Positions 43,025 to 54,367 of a stretch of 64,000 nt of DNA are shown here, in pieces. The notes under the pieces are model-generated. The model had not been told where the DNA came from and searched no databases. It saw nothing but the letters and a program-made list of their open reading frames with translations. Every line of letters begins with the position of its first letter. Positions within the stretch are counted from its first letter, which is position 1. The position numbers and the translations under genes were made by a program. The stretch is from an uncultured delta proteobacterium (GTDB lineage: Bacteria > Myxococcota_A > Polyangia > Haliangiales > Haliangiaceae): assembly GCA_963848295.1 (NCBI GenBank), contig CAWKDB010000010.1, positions 2,208,001-2,272,000 of the forward strand, written 5' to 3'.

Positions 43025-43499
43025 ATGTCGCCGGGCGCCGTACATCACGCTCGCCGGCGCGAACCAGCTTCGAGCCGAGCTCGATCAGCTGTGGCGGGTC
43101 GAGCGCCCGCGCGTGACCCAAGAGGTCGCCGACGCCGCGGCCCAGGGCGATCGTTCGGAGAACGCCGAGTATATCTACGGCAAGCGCCGGCTGCGCGAGA
43201 TCGATCGCCGCGTCCGGTTCCTCAGCAAGCGCCTCGACGTGCTGACCATCGTCGACGAGCCGCCGAGCGACCAGACCCGCGTGTTCTTCGGCGCGACGAT
43301 CGATGTCGAAGACGAAGATGGCAACGGTGCGACCTATCGCATCGTCGGCGCCGACGAGTTCGACGTCGATCGAGGCTGGATCAGCATCGACTCGCCGGTC
43401 GCGAAGGCGTTGATCGGCAAGCGCTGCGGCGACGAGGTGCTCGTGCGCCGGCCGAAGGGTGAGATGACGTATACCGTCATCGCGATCCGGTATCCGTGA
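43025..43499 (+). CDS. greB: transcription elongation factor GreB (apparent +1 frameshift just after the start)
   Basis: YIT..G...L..EL..LW..ERP.V, AA.QGDRSENAEYIYGKRRLREIDRR, ISIDSPVAKAL. The nearby ATG at 43025 is one base out of frame. Confidence 0.9.
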
Positions 43500-44734
43500 G
43501 CTCGGACGACAAGAAACCGGTGATCGTGTCGAGCTCCGACGGGATCCCGCGCGCGATCTACGACGAAGAATCGCGCGCGCTCGCGGTCCATCTGCCCGCC
43601 GACCTCGCGCGCTACACGCAGAACGCGCGACGCTGGCGCGAGCACTGCGATGTCACGGTGCTTCGCGACGGCGCGCAGACGTATCCCGCGATGCTCGCGG
43701 CAATCGCGGCCGCGCGCGTGTCGATCTGCCTCGAGGTCTACATCCTGTCATCCGACGCGATGGGCGACCGGTTCAAAGCGGCGCTGATCGAGCGTGCGAA
43801 GGCCGGCGTCGCGGTCCGCGTGATGTACGACGCGGTTGGCTCGCTCACGCTCGCCGACGGCTGGCTCGACGATCTGCGCGCCGCGGGCGGCGAGGTGCTC
43901 GTGTTCAACTCGATCCGGCCGTGGCGCCGTCGCTACAACCTGAGCCTGCGCGACCACCGCAAGATCCTCGTCGTCGACGACGCGGTCGCGTTCACCGGCG
44001 GCCTGAACATCGCGCTCGACTACGCGTCGACCGCGGTCGGGGGCGCGGACTGGCACGACATGCACTGCATGGTCCGCGGCCGCATCGTGCTCGACCTCGC
44101 GCGGTTGTTCCGGCGCACGTGGATGAACGCCGGTGGCTCGCTGTATCCCAGCCCACCGCGCGCCGAGGCCGGGCCGCCGACCGCGAGCACCTCGATCGTG
44201 CGGATGATCGAGAACACCGGGCGCCGGCGCGGAGCGATCCGCCGCGCGTACATCCACGTGATCAAGGCCGCGCGGGCACAAGTCCTGATCCAGAACGCGT
44301 ACTTCTTGCCCGAACGCGTGTTGCGGCGGGCGCTCGCTCGCGCGGTCGCTCGCGGCGTCGACGTTCGCGTCATCGTCCCGGGCCACTCCGATGTCACGCT
44401 CGTCGAATGGGCGATGCTCTATGCGATGCGTCGGCTCGCCCAGCGGGGGGTCGCGATCATGCGCTGGCGCGGCCCGATGATGCACGCGAAGACGGCGGTG
44501 GTCGACGGGGCGTGGTCGACGATCGGCAGCTACAACTTCGATTCCCAGAGCCGGTTCAACAACCTCGAAGTCACCGTCGAGATCCTCGACCGCGCGATCG
44601 GGGCGCAGCTCGTCGCGGAGTTCGAAGGCGACCTCGCGAACTGCGATCCGTACGACGAGGCAGCCTGGTTGCGCCTGCCGTGGTGGCGCAAGGCGTTCGC
44701 GTGGCTCGGCTATCGCCTACGACGCTTCCTCTAG
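43496..44734 (+). CDS. cardiolipin synthase (ClsB-like, PLD family)
   Basis: Two HKD motifs (HRKILVVD, HAKTAVVD), GGLNI, WHD, GSYNFD. Confidence 0.92.
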   Translation: MSSDDKKPVIVSSSDGIPRAIYDEESRALAVHLPADLARYTQNARRWREHCDVTVLRDGAQTYPAMLAAIAAARVSICLEVYILSSDAMGDRFKAALIERAKAGVAVRVMYDAVGSLTLADGWLDDLRAAGGEVLVFNSIRPWRRRYNLSLRDHRKILVVDDAVAFTGGLNIALDYASTAVGGADWHDMHCMVRGRIVLDLARLFRRTWMNAGGSLYPSPPRAEAGPPTASTSIVRMIENTGRRRGAIRRAYIHVIKAARAQVLIQNAYFLPERVLRRALARAVARGVDVRVIVPGHSDVTLVEWAMLYAMRRLAQRGVAIMRWRGPMMHAKTAVVDGAWSTIGSYNFDSQSRFNNLEVTVEILDRAIGAQLVAEFEGDLANCDPYDEAAWLRLPWWRKAFAWLGYRLRRFL

Positions 44735-44812
44735 CATTTGAAACATCGCGCAACACGATTTCGCCGTGTTGCGATCCGCGAGCACTGCGTTCGCCGGTGG
44801 CAGCTTGGCGGG

Positions 44813-45559
44813 ATGCGAACCAAGACTGACTCTCCGTTGCTGATCGATCGCCGCGGCTTGCTCACCGCTCTCGGCGCGTTCGGCGGTGCGCTGCTCGTCG
44901 GCTGCAAGACCGACGCTGGCTCGACCGTCGATGCGTCCTCCGGCTCCGACTCGACCACGGCCGGCGCATGCGCGGAGACACCCGAGGAGACGGCCGGACC
45001 GTACCCCGACATCGACGGCATGATCAGCGATCCCGCGTTCTACCGCTCCGACGTCCGCGAGGACCGCACCGGGCTCACGCTCGCGCTCAAGCTCAAAATC
45101 GTCGACGCGGCGAACGCGTGTGCGGCGATCTCGGGAGCGAACGTCGAGATCTGGCACTGCGATGCCGGCGGCGTGTACTCCGAGTACGCGAACTCGATGA
45201 ACCCGGGCTCGACGACGACGACGTTCTTGCGCGGCGTGCAGACCACCGACGCCGATGGCTACGTCACGTTCACGACGATCTATCCCGGCTGGTACCAGGG
45301 TCGGGCCACCCACATTCACATCCAGGTCTACAACGGCACGACCGTGGTCAAGACCACGCAGCTCGCGTTCCCCGACGCGACCAACACCGAGGTCTACGGC
45401 GGCGGCTCGTCGTACTACACGAGCGGCGAGAATCCGACGACAAATGCGCAGGACATGGTGTTCAGCGACGGCGACGAATACGAGCTCGCGACCGTCGACG
45501 GATCGATCGCCGATGGCTACACCGCGAGCTTGCAGGTCGGCGTCACCGGCTACGCGTAG
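44813..45559 (+). CDS. exported intradiol ring-cleavage dioxygenase-like lipoprotein
   Basis: Tat-like DRRGLL plus lipobox LVGC; ETAGPY, EIWHCDAGGVYS, FLRGVQ, TIYPGWY.GRATHIH. Confidence 0.85.
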   Translation: MRTKTDSPLLIDRRGLLTALGAFGGALLVGCKTDAGSTVDASSGSDSTTAGACAETPEETAGPYPDIDGMISDPAFYRSDVREDRTGLTLALKLKIVDAANACAAISGANVEIWHCDAGGVYSEYANSMNPGSTTTTFLRGVQTTDADGYVTFTTIYPGWYQGRATHIHIQVYNGTTVVKTTQLAFPDATNTEVYGGGSSYYTSGENPTTNAQDMVFSDGDEYELATVDGSIADGYTASLQVGVTGYA

Positions 45560-45615
45560 CGCTATTCCCGAGCGCCGACATTGCGCGCGACGAGCGCTAA
45601 CGCGACGATGCCCGC

Positions 45616-47073
45616 ATGTCACTGGAAGGCCAGGCAGCGCGCGGTGCGCTGTGGACCGTGGCATCGAGCATCGGTGGTCGCGCGGTCGGCGTGATCGGCA
45701 CACTCGCGATGACGCGGTTCCTCAGCCCCGACGAGATCGGCGAGGTCTCGGTCGCGGTGATCATCTGCATGACCGCGAACTGGGTCTCGGTCTTCGGGTT
45801 CGGTCAATACGCGGTCGTGCATGGCCGCGGCGACGACCGCACCGAGGTGATCTGGCATGCGACCGTGCTCTACGTCGGCCTCGGCGTGATCGCGCTTGGC
45901 CTGGTCGCGCTGTTCGGTCACTACCTGCTGCCGGTGTTCAACGCCGAGACCGCCGCCGCGTTCATCCCCGGAATGGCGCTCGCGCTGTGGATCAAGCGCC
46001 TCGGCGCGATGCCCGAACGCACGCTGACGATGGACATGAACTTCCGTGCCACCGGCGTGGCGCTCGCACTCGGCGAGCTGACGTACACCGTGACGGCGCT
46101 CGGGTTCGCCGCGATGGGCTGGAGCTCGATGTCGATCGTGATCGGCAACATCGCGCAGTCGACCGTCGTCGCCGCGGTGTTCATTCGCGCCGCGGGCATT
46201 CGCAGCTGGGCCACGCCGACGCCGCTGCGCTGGTCGCGATTCAAGGCGATCATGAAGTACGGCTGGCCGCTCGGCGTGCAGGGCATCGCGCACAACGCGT
46301 CGCGCTATTGGGACAACCTCGCGGTGTCGCACTTCTTCGGCACGGCGTCGACCGGCGCGTACAACATGGCCTACAACCTCGCCGACATCCCCGCGATCCA
46401 GGTCGGCGAGCAGATCGCGATCGTGCTGCTGCCATCGCTCGCACCGATGCCGCACGACCGCCGCGGCGCCGCGCTCGTCCGCTCGACCGCGCTGCTGTCG
46501 CTGATCATCTTCCCGCTCGCGGTCGGCCTCGGCCTCGTCGCCGACCCGCTGATCGCGGCGATCTTGCCGGCGAACCGCTGGCAAGAAGTTGCCCCGCTCT
46601 TGACCGTGCTCGCGTGCCTGTCGGTGTTTCGCCCGATCACGTGGGTGCTGTCGGCGTACATGGAAGCGGAGTCGAAGACCGCACGGACGATGTTCGTCGA
46701 GGTCATCAAGCTCGGCATCCTGCTCGGAGGGATCGCCGTGCTGTCGCGCTGGGGGCTGCGCGCGTCGGCCGCGGCGGTCGGCATCGCGTTCGGCGCGAGT
46801 GCGATCGCGGGCGTCGGGCTCGTGATTCGCGAGATCCCGAAGCCGATGCGGCTGATCATCGGGTTCTTGCAGCCGCTCGCGGCGTGCGCGGTGATGGGCG
46901 CGGCGGTATACGGCGTGCGCATGATCGCGCACGGCTGGGCACCGTGGCTGCAGCTCGTCGTCGAGATCGTCGTCGGCGCCGCGGCCTATGTCGTCGCCGC
47001 GCTGGTGTTGTGTCGCAACACCGCCAAAGACCTACTCGGACTCCTGCGCAAAGCGCTGAACAAGACCGCGTAG
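45616..47073 (+). CDS. oligosaccharide flippase (Wzx/PST family)
   Basis: RGALW, RFLSPDEIG, DNL.V..FG...GAY..AY; many TM segments. Confidence 0.88.
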   Translation: MSLEGQAARGALWTVASSIGGRAVGVIGTLAMTRFLSPDEIGEVSVAVIICMTANWVSVFGFGQYAVVHGRGDDRTEVIWHATVLYVGLGVIALGLVALFGHYLLPVFNAETAAAFIPGMALALWIKRLGAMPERTLTMDMNFRATGVALALGELTYTVTALGFAAMGWSSMSIVIGNIAQSTVVAAVFIRAAGIRSWATPTPLRWSRFKAIMKYGWPLGVQGIAHNASRYWDNLAVSHFFGTASTGAYNMAYNLADIPAIQVGEQIAIVLLPSLAPMPHDRRGAALVRSTALLSLIIFPLAVGLGLVADPLIAAILPANRWQEVAPLLTVLACLSVFRPITWVLSAYMEAESKTARTMFVEVIKLGILLGGIAVLSRWGLRASAAAVGIAFGASAIAGVGLVIREIPKPMRLIIGFLQPLAACAVMGAAVYGVRMIAHGWAPWLQLVVEIVVGAAAYVVAALVLCRNTAKDLLGLLRKALNKTA

Positions 47074-47109
47074 CTCCAACCCGGAGCGGCTGCTGCGCCG
47101 TTATGGAGC
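47073..47109. promoter_or_regulatory. tandem palindromic putative bEBP enhancer sites
   Basis: GCTCC-AACCC-GGAGC (47073-47087) and GCGCC-GTTAT-GGAGC (47095-47109), 22 bp apart. Confidence 0.6.
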
Positions 47110-47149
47110 GACTGCCCGGAGACCGCTCGGCGCGACGCGGACTTAGCGC

Positions 47150-47165
47150 TGGCATCGAAGCTGCT
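47150..47165 (+). promoter_or_regulatory. sigma54 -24/-12 promoter
   Basis: TGG-CATCGAAGCT-GCT, followed by an AGGAG SD and ATG 47192. Confidence 0.8.
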
Positions 47166-47191
47166 CTTATCTCCGGCAAGAGGAGACCAGC

Positions 47192-48030
47192 ATGACCCAC
47201 GATCTAAGCGTTTCGTTCTTCGGCGTCCGCGGCTCGATCGCGACTCCTGGTGCGGACAAGGCCGCGGGTGGCAACACGTCGTGCGTCGAGGTCCGCGCGG
47301 GAGAGACCCGGATCATCATCGACGCCGGCACCGGCTTGGCCGCGATCGGCAACCAACGGATGGCGAGCGGCATGCGTCAGTCGACGATCCTGCTGTCGCA
47401 CTTGCACTGGGACCACGTCGCCGGCTTGCCGTTCTTCACGCCGATCTACGTCCCGGGACATCGCGTCGAGATCGCGAGTGGCCCGAACGGCGTGATGCCG
47501 CTCGACCGCGCGATCCGCGAGTTATTTCGCGCGCCGTTCTTCCCGGTCGCGTTCGACGATCTCGGCGGCACGGTCACGACGCGCGAGCTCGCGAGCACCG
47601 ATCAATTCATGATCGGCGAAATCAAGGTCACCACCGCGCGGCTCAACCATCCCGATCCGGTCTACGGCTTTCGGCTCGAGCACGCCGGGCAGACGATCGT
47701 CTACGCGACCGACACCGAGCACTTCGCGTGCGTCGACCCGACGCTGAAGAAGCTCGCGGCCGGCGCCGACATCTTGATCTACGACTCGCAGTACACGCCC
47801 GAGGAATATCCGGCGAAGGTCGGCTGGGGCCACTCGACGTGGCAAGCCGGCGCCGAGCTCGCGCGCGCGGCGGGCGTCGCTCAGCTCGTGCTGTTCCACC
47901 ACGATCCGAACCGGACCGACGATCAGCTCGCCGCGCTCGAGGCGGCCGCGCGGGCGGCATTGCCCGGGACGATCGCCGCGCGCGAAGGACTCGAGCTGCG
48001 CGCGCATGATGCGGAGCGTGCGGCCGCCGC

Positions 48031-48034
<4 letters not shown>
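47192..48034 (+). CDS. MBL-fold metallo-hydrolase (RNase Z/PhnP-like putative phosphodiesterase)
   Basis: FGVRGSI, GGNTSC, DAGTG, SHLHWDH, HP, YATDTE, WGHS, LFHHDP. Confidence 0.9.
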
Positions 48035-49548
<1,514 letters not shown>

Positions 49549-49549
49549 C

Positions 49550-51220
49550 CTACGGCGCTGTCTCGTACGCGCCGATGTCGAACGCGGCGCCGAGCGGCCG
49601 CGAGTTGCCGTCGAGATCGTCGGCCAAGCCGGTGTCGACGCCCATGTCGATCGCCGGGCTGCCCGCGCCGAGGTGAAAGTCCGCGGTCGCCGGCGCGACG
49701 AGCAGCGGGTCGGCCGTCACGGTCGCGGTCGCACCGCCGGCCGAACCGGTGCCACCGAAGATCAAGTTGTTCGAGCCGCTGACGTCACCGAGCACGTAGC
49801 GTTCGGCGCTGGTCTTCGCGAGCATCAGGTTGTCGCGCAGCCGCAACGTCAACGCCGGCGCGGAGCTCGAATCGAAGTTGATCGCCGACGCGCTCGAGTC
49901 GCTCGTCATCGAGCCGCAGTCGTAGAACGTGTTGTTGTAGACGTCGACCTGGCCGCTGCCGATCGAGCCGTCGTTGTCGGTCGCTTGATAGACGTAGATG
50001 CCGGCGTAGTCCGACGACGCCTCGACCGGATCCGGGCCGGTGCCGACGCTGTAGATCACGTTGTTGTAGGCCTCGACCACGCCTTGCGACGGATCCATCG
50101 TCGAGAAGTTGATGCCGTCGCACACGGTGTCGTGGATGACGTTGTCGTGGACATGGACGTCGAACTCGTTGGGCCCGTCGGTGTCGTGGAACTGGATCGC
50201 GCGGCAGGTCTTGCCGTTGCGCACGACGTTCCAGCCGAGATCGAGGTGCGACGTCGCGAAGTAGACGCCGTGATAATACTTGCTGATCGAGGTGACGTTC
50301 GCCGCGGCGTCGTGGACGTCGTTGCCGTAGAACGCGAGGTTCGTCGGACCGACCGAGCCGTTGACGCAACCGGTGAGCCCGAAGCCGTTCGGGCACGAGA
50401 TGTCGTTGCCGATCACGCGCCAACCGTCGCCGCCGCCCTCGAAGTCGAGCGCTTCTTGCGCGCCGCGCAGCGTGAGCCCGGCGATCACCCAGAAGTCGAA
50501 CGAATCGCCGATCCCCGGCGTCACGATGCCGCGCTCGAGCCCGGTCTCCGCGCCGATCGTCGCGGTCGCACCCGGATAGCTCACGAGCGCCTTGGGCATC
50601 GCCGCGGTGCCGGAGTTGCCCGCGTCGTTCGAGCTCATCCCGAGCGCGCACTTGTACGACGCCGAGGTATCGACCGTGTCTTGCACGAGCGTGTCGCCGG
50701 CGTGCGCGCCGAGGTACGCGATGTCGCCCGCGGCGATCGTGTTCTTCGCCATCGGGATCGTCGCCCACGGGTGCGCGAAGCTGCCGTCGGCGCCGTCGCT
50801 GCCGCTGGTTGTCACGAAGTAGATGTTGCCGGCGCGCACCGTGAACATCGCGGCGTTCGAATCGGCCTTGCCCGCGACGTGGACGACGACCTCGCCGGTC
50901 GCCGCCGCCGCGCCGAGCTGCACCGTGACCTTCGTTTCGCTCCACACCGGATACGCGGCGACCGTTCCGCCGCCGACCGTGACGGTCGAGCTACTCTGCG
51001 CGCTGCCGAACCCGTTGCCGTAGATCGTCACGTACGCGCCGTTGCCGCCCTCGCCGCCGCTGTTCGGTCCGCTCGTCAGATCGGTGAAGAAGATCCGCGC
51101 GCCCGCGATCGGTGACGTGATCGCCCCGTCGCTGCCGCCGCCGGCGTCACCACCACCACCGCCACCGCCGCCACCGCCGCCACCGCATGCCGCGAGCGCG
51201 ATCAGCGCGAGTGTCCTCAT
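49550..51220 (-). CDS. lipoprotein with IPT/TIG domain and right-handed beta-helix (pectin lyase-like)
   Basis: Lipobox LAAC, poly-Gly linker, YVTIYGNGFG, GS...PWATI, YNN repeats, DFHL..GSPAID.G and DIGAYE tail. Confidence 0.85.
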   Translation of the reverse strand: MRTLALIALAACGGGGGGGGGGGGDAGGGSDGAITSPIAGARIFFTDLTSGPNSGGEGGNGAYVTIYGNGFGSAQSSSTVTVGGGTVAAYPVWSETKVTVQLGAAAATGEVVVHVAGKADSNAAMFTVRAGNIYFVTTSGSDGADGSFAHPWATIPMAKNTIAAGDIAYLGAHAGDTLVQDTVDTSASYKCALGMSSNDAGNSGTAAMPKALVSYPGATATIGAETGLERGIVTPGIGDSFDFWVIAGLTLRGAQEALDFEGGGDGWRVIGNDISCPNGFGLTGCVNGSVGPTNLAFYGNDVHDAAANVTSISKYYHGVYFATSHLDLGWNVVRNGKTCRAIQFHDTDGPNEFDVHVHDNVIHDTVCDGINFSTMDPSQGVVEAYNNVIYSVGTGPDPVEASSDYAGIYVYQATDNDGSIGSGQVDVYNNTFYDCGSMTSDSSASAINFDSSSAPALTLRLRDNLMLAKTSAERYVLGDVSGSNNLIFGGTGSAGGATATVTADPLLVAPATADFHLGAGSPAIDMGVDTGLADDLDGNSRPLGAAFDIGAYETAP

Positions 51221-51286
51221 GCCACCAGGGTATCCGACGCCAGAGGTAATTTGCGCTCGCGGAGCGACCCCGGTTAGCCTCGAACC

Positions 51287-51802
51287 ATGCGCGCACTCGC
51301 GGCTCTACCAACTCTCGCGTTGCTCGCGGCGCCGGCCCTCGCCGACGAAGGCGGCCATCCCGCCGAGAAGGGCACGTTCGGCGCCGGCATCATGATCGGC
51401 GAGCCGACCGGGGTTTGCGCGAAGCTCTACCTCAAAGACGATCAAGCGGTGCAAGCCGCTTTCGGATACGCGCTCGGCGGCGGTGGTTTTCAGCTCGCCG
51501 CCGACTACGTGTGGCACCCGTTCATCTTGCAAGACAAGGACTCGTTCGTGCTCCCGGTCTACGTCGGTCCGGGCATCCGGTTGATCGACTACTCGGCGGG
51601 CGAGACCGGCTCGAGCTACTTCGCGGCCGGCGTGCGCGCGGTCGTCGGTATGGTGTTCGACTTCAAGAACGTGCCGCTCGACGTGTTCGTCGAGGTCGCG
51701 CCGATCCTCGAGTGGCGGTTCGTCGACGCCGCCGAGAACAAGACGATCAGCCACGTCAACGTGACGCTCAACGGCGGCGTCGGCGTGCGCTACTACTTCT
51801 GA
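51287..51802 (+). CDS. small outer-membrane beta-barrel protein (DUF3996-like)
   Basis: Signal peptide, FGAG..IGEPTG..K.YL, PLDVFVE.AP, terminal GVRYYF. Confidence 0.75.
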   Translation: MRALAALPTLALLAAPALADEGGHPAEKGTFGAGIMIGEPTGVCAKLYLKDDQAVQAAFGYALGGGGFQLAADYVWHPFILQDKDSFVLPVYVGPGIRLIDYSAGETGSSYFAAGVRAVVGMVFDFKNVPLDVFVEVAPILEWRFVDAAENKTISHVNVTLNGGVGVRYYF

Positions 51803-51848
51803 ACGATCGCAGCTTCCGATCGCGGGTGTCCTGCGCTAGAACGGCTCG

Positions 51849-53027
51849 GTGGCGACGAAAGCGCGCAAGGGGAAGCCGGCGCCGAAGCTGGTGAAGGCGG
51901 CCAAGCCGGGGGCGGTCGCGAAGGCGTCCGACAAGAGCAAGCCTGCAAAGGACGACAGCGCGACCCGCGGCGATCGCAGCAAGCGCTTGCTCGACCTCGT
52001 GATGATCCTGCTGCGCGCGCGCACGCCGGTGACCTATCGCGAGATCCGCGATCAGTTCTCGGCGTACCAGACGCTCAACATCGAGGCCGGGTTACGCGCT
52101 TTCGAGCGCGACAAGGCCGACCTCCTCGACCTCGGCGTGCCGATCCGCTACGTCACGCCCGACGAGGACGACTCGCTCGAGGACGGCGGTTACGTCATCG
52201 ACCTCAAGCGGTTCAAGATGCCGGCGGTCCAGCTCACGCCGGAAGAGATCTCCGCGCTCGTGCTCGCGGCCTCGGTCGCGCACGCGATGCCGGGCGGCGC
52301 GTATCCCAAGATCGTCGACCTCGCGCTCAAGAAGCTCGCGTTCGACCTGCCGGAGCTCCCCGACACACCGACCGAGTTTCCGCGGCCGGCGCCGAGCGGC
52401 CCGACCGTGCTCGTGCATTTTCCCGAGCAACGCGCGGCGCGGCCCGAGCTCGCCGACATCTACGCGACACTCGAGGCGGCGACTCGCCTGCACAAGCGCG
52501 TCACGCTGACCTATCAGACCGCGGCGACCGGCCTGACCTCGCGCCGCGACGTCGATCCGTACGCGCTGGTCTATCGCGAAGGCGCGTGGCTCGTCGTCGG
52601 GTTCTGTCACCTGCGCGGCGATATCCGGTCGTTTCGCGTCGATCGTATTCACGAGGCGATCACGGCGGCGAAGCCGAAGTCGCCGGACTTCGAGCGCCCG
52701 ATCACGTTCGATGTCAAAGCCTACGCGCAGCGTTCGCCGTGGACGTTCACGAGCGAGGTCGCCGAAGAGGTCCAGCTCGCGCTCGCACCCGAAGCCGCCG
52801 AGGTCGCGAACGAGGATTTCGGGCCGACCGCGGTCAAGCGCGTCGACCAACACTTCACGCTGATCACGTTCGACTGTGCGAACCCCGAGTTCGCCGCGAC
52901 GCGCGTGCTCGCCGCGAAGGGCGCGATCCGGGTCACGCGAGGCGACAGGCTGCGCGCGCGGATCGGCGACGAGCTCGCGGCGATCGCGAAGCACTACGAC
53001 GTCACGCCGGAGCTCGGCGATGCGTGA
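51849..53027 (+). CDS. WYL-domain transcriptional regulator, PafB-like
   Basis: RLLDLV..LL, RAFERDKADL..LGVPI, R.VDPY.L...GAWLVVG, IRSFRVDRI. Confidence 0.9.
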   Translation: MATKARKGKPAPKLVKAAKPGAVAKASDKSKPAKDDSATRGDRSKRLLDLVMILLRARTPVTYREIRDQFSAYQTLNIEAGLRAFERDKADLLDLGVPIRYVTPDEDDSLEDGGYVIDLKRFKMPAVQLTPEEISALVLAASVAHAMPGGAYPKIVDLALKKLAFDLPELPDTPTEFPRPAPSGPTVLVHFPEQRAARPELADIYATLEAATRLHKRVTLTYQTAATGLTSRRDVDPYALVYREGAWLVVGFCHLRGDIRSFRVDRIHEAITAAKPKSPDFERPITFDVKAYAQRSPWTFTSEVAEEVQLALAPEAAEVANEDFGPTAVKRVDQHFTLITFDCANPEFAATRVLAAKGAIRVTRGDRLRARIGDELAAIAKHYDVTPELGDA

Positions 53028-53994
53028 CCCCGGGCACCGGCTGCGCCGCTTGCTGTTCATCGTGCCGTACGTCGCGAAGCACCCGGAGGGCGTGCTGGTC
53101 GAGCAGCTCGCGAAGTTGCTCGGCGCCCCGCGCGACGAGCTCGTCGCCGACCTCGATCTGCTGTCGCAGGTCGGTCCGCCCGACGGCGATCCCGGCGAGT
53201 ACCTGCTGGTCTCGGTCGAGGACGGCCGCGTGTTCGTCGATCTCGCGCATCGGCTCACCCGGCCGCTGCGGCTCACGCCGGCCGAAGGCTGCTCGCTGTT
53301 GCTCGGCATCCGCGCGCTGCGCGAGAGCGGCATCGCGCCGTTCGACGCGGCGATGCAGTCGGCGGAGAAGAAGCTGCTGACCGCGCTCGGCCGCGATGCG
53401 ATGGAGGCCGAGAGCCTCGCGACCAGCACGATCGTCGCGGAGCCCGATGCCGCGGTCGCGACGCACCTGCGCGAGCTGGTCAACGCCGCGCGCAAGCACC
53501 TGCGGATCGAGATCGACTACTCGTCGGCATCGCGCCATCAAGCCGAGCACCGGCCGATCGATCCGTACGGCATCGTCCATCACGCCGGCGAGTGGTACGT
53601 GGTCGCCTACTGTCACAAGCGCGGCGACGTCCGCACGTTCCGCATCGATCGGATCTCGGCGTTTCGCCTCACCGGCGAGAAGTTCGAGCGCCCGGTCGAC
53701 TTCGACCTCGAAGCCTATCGCCGCGAGCGGCTCTACGTGCCGAGCGCCGACGCGATCACCGTGCGCGTTCGTCTCGATCAACTCGCCGTGACCCGGATCG
53801 GCGCGAGCTGGCCCGTCGGCGAAGTCACGATGCACGACGACGGCTCGGCCGACCTGATCATCGACTGCGAGGGCTTCGAGTGGGTCACCGGCTGGGTGCT
53901 CGGCCTCGGTCGCCACGCGTGGATCGAGAGCCCGCCCGAAGCGCGCACCGCGATGCGCGAACGAATCGGCCGGATCACCGCCGAGCTGGTGTAG
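53020..53994 (+). CDS. WYL-domain transcriptional regulator, PafC-like
   Basis: RLRRLLFIVPYV..HP.G, RPLRLTP.E, IDPY...GEWYVVAYC, RTFRIDRI, WVLGLG (WCX); overlaps the upstream stop. Confidence 0.9.
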   Translation: MRDPGHRLRRLLFIVPYVAKHPEGVLVEQLAKLLGAPRDELVADLDLLSQVGPPDGDPGEYLLVSVEDGRVFVDLAHRLTRPLRLTPAEGCSLLLGIRALRESGIAPFDAAMQSAEKKLLTALGRDAMEAESLATSTIVAEPDAAVATHLRELVNAARKHLRIEIDYSSASRHQAEHRPIDPYGIVHHAGEWYVVAYCHKRGDVRTFRIDRISAFRLTGEKFERPVDFDLEAYRRERLYVPSADAITVRVRLDQLAVTRIGASWPVGEVTMHDDGSADLIIDCEGFEWVTGWVLGLGRHAWIESPPEARTAMRERIGRITAELV

Positions 53995-54330
53995 CTACGA
54001 CTTCGGCGGGTTCGGATCGACGATCCACGCGCCGTCTTTCCAGATGTACGCGCGGGCGTTGTCGACGATCCACGCGCCGTCTTTCCAGATGTACGTGTTG
54101 TGCTTGCCGCAGCCGGTCACGTTGATCGACGTGTACGGCGCCGCTTTGTCGCCCGCCGCGGACATCACGAGCTGCGGCCGCTCGCACGCCAGATCATACG
54201 ACGCACGCTCGTTGAGCGAGACGCCGTTACCTTGAGACTCGTGCCACCACGTATCCGTGCCGACCGGCGCCGTGCTCGTCGCGCACGCAACGAGCCCGAG
54301 CATCGCGGCGGCGGCGATTGTCCGGGACAT
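53995..54330 (-). CDS. small lipoprotein with duplicated C-terminal motif
   Basis: Lipobox LVAC; RASYDLAC...VTGCGK; YIWKDGAWIVD occurs twice. Confidence 0.75.
   Translation of the reverse strand: MSRTIAAAAMLGLVACATSTAPVGTDTWWHESQGNGVSLNERASYDLACERPQLVMSAAGDKAAPYTSINVTGCGKHNTYIWKDGAWIVDNARAYIWKDGAWIVDPNPPKS
54017..54095. repeat. 34-bp direct repeat (period 45)
   Basis: TCGACGATCCACGCGCCGTCTTTCCAGATGTACG at 54017-54050 and 54062-54095. Confidence 0.9.
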
Positions 54331-54367
54331 GATTGGACCATACGCCCACTCCGGGCCCGCGTCTGCG

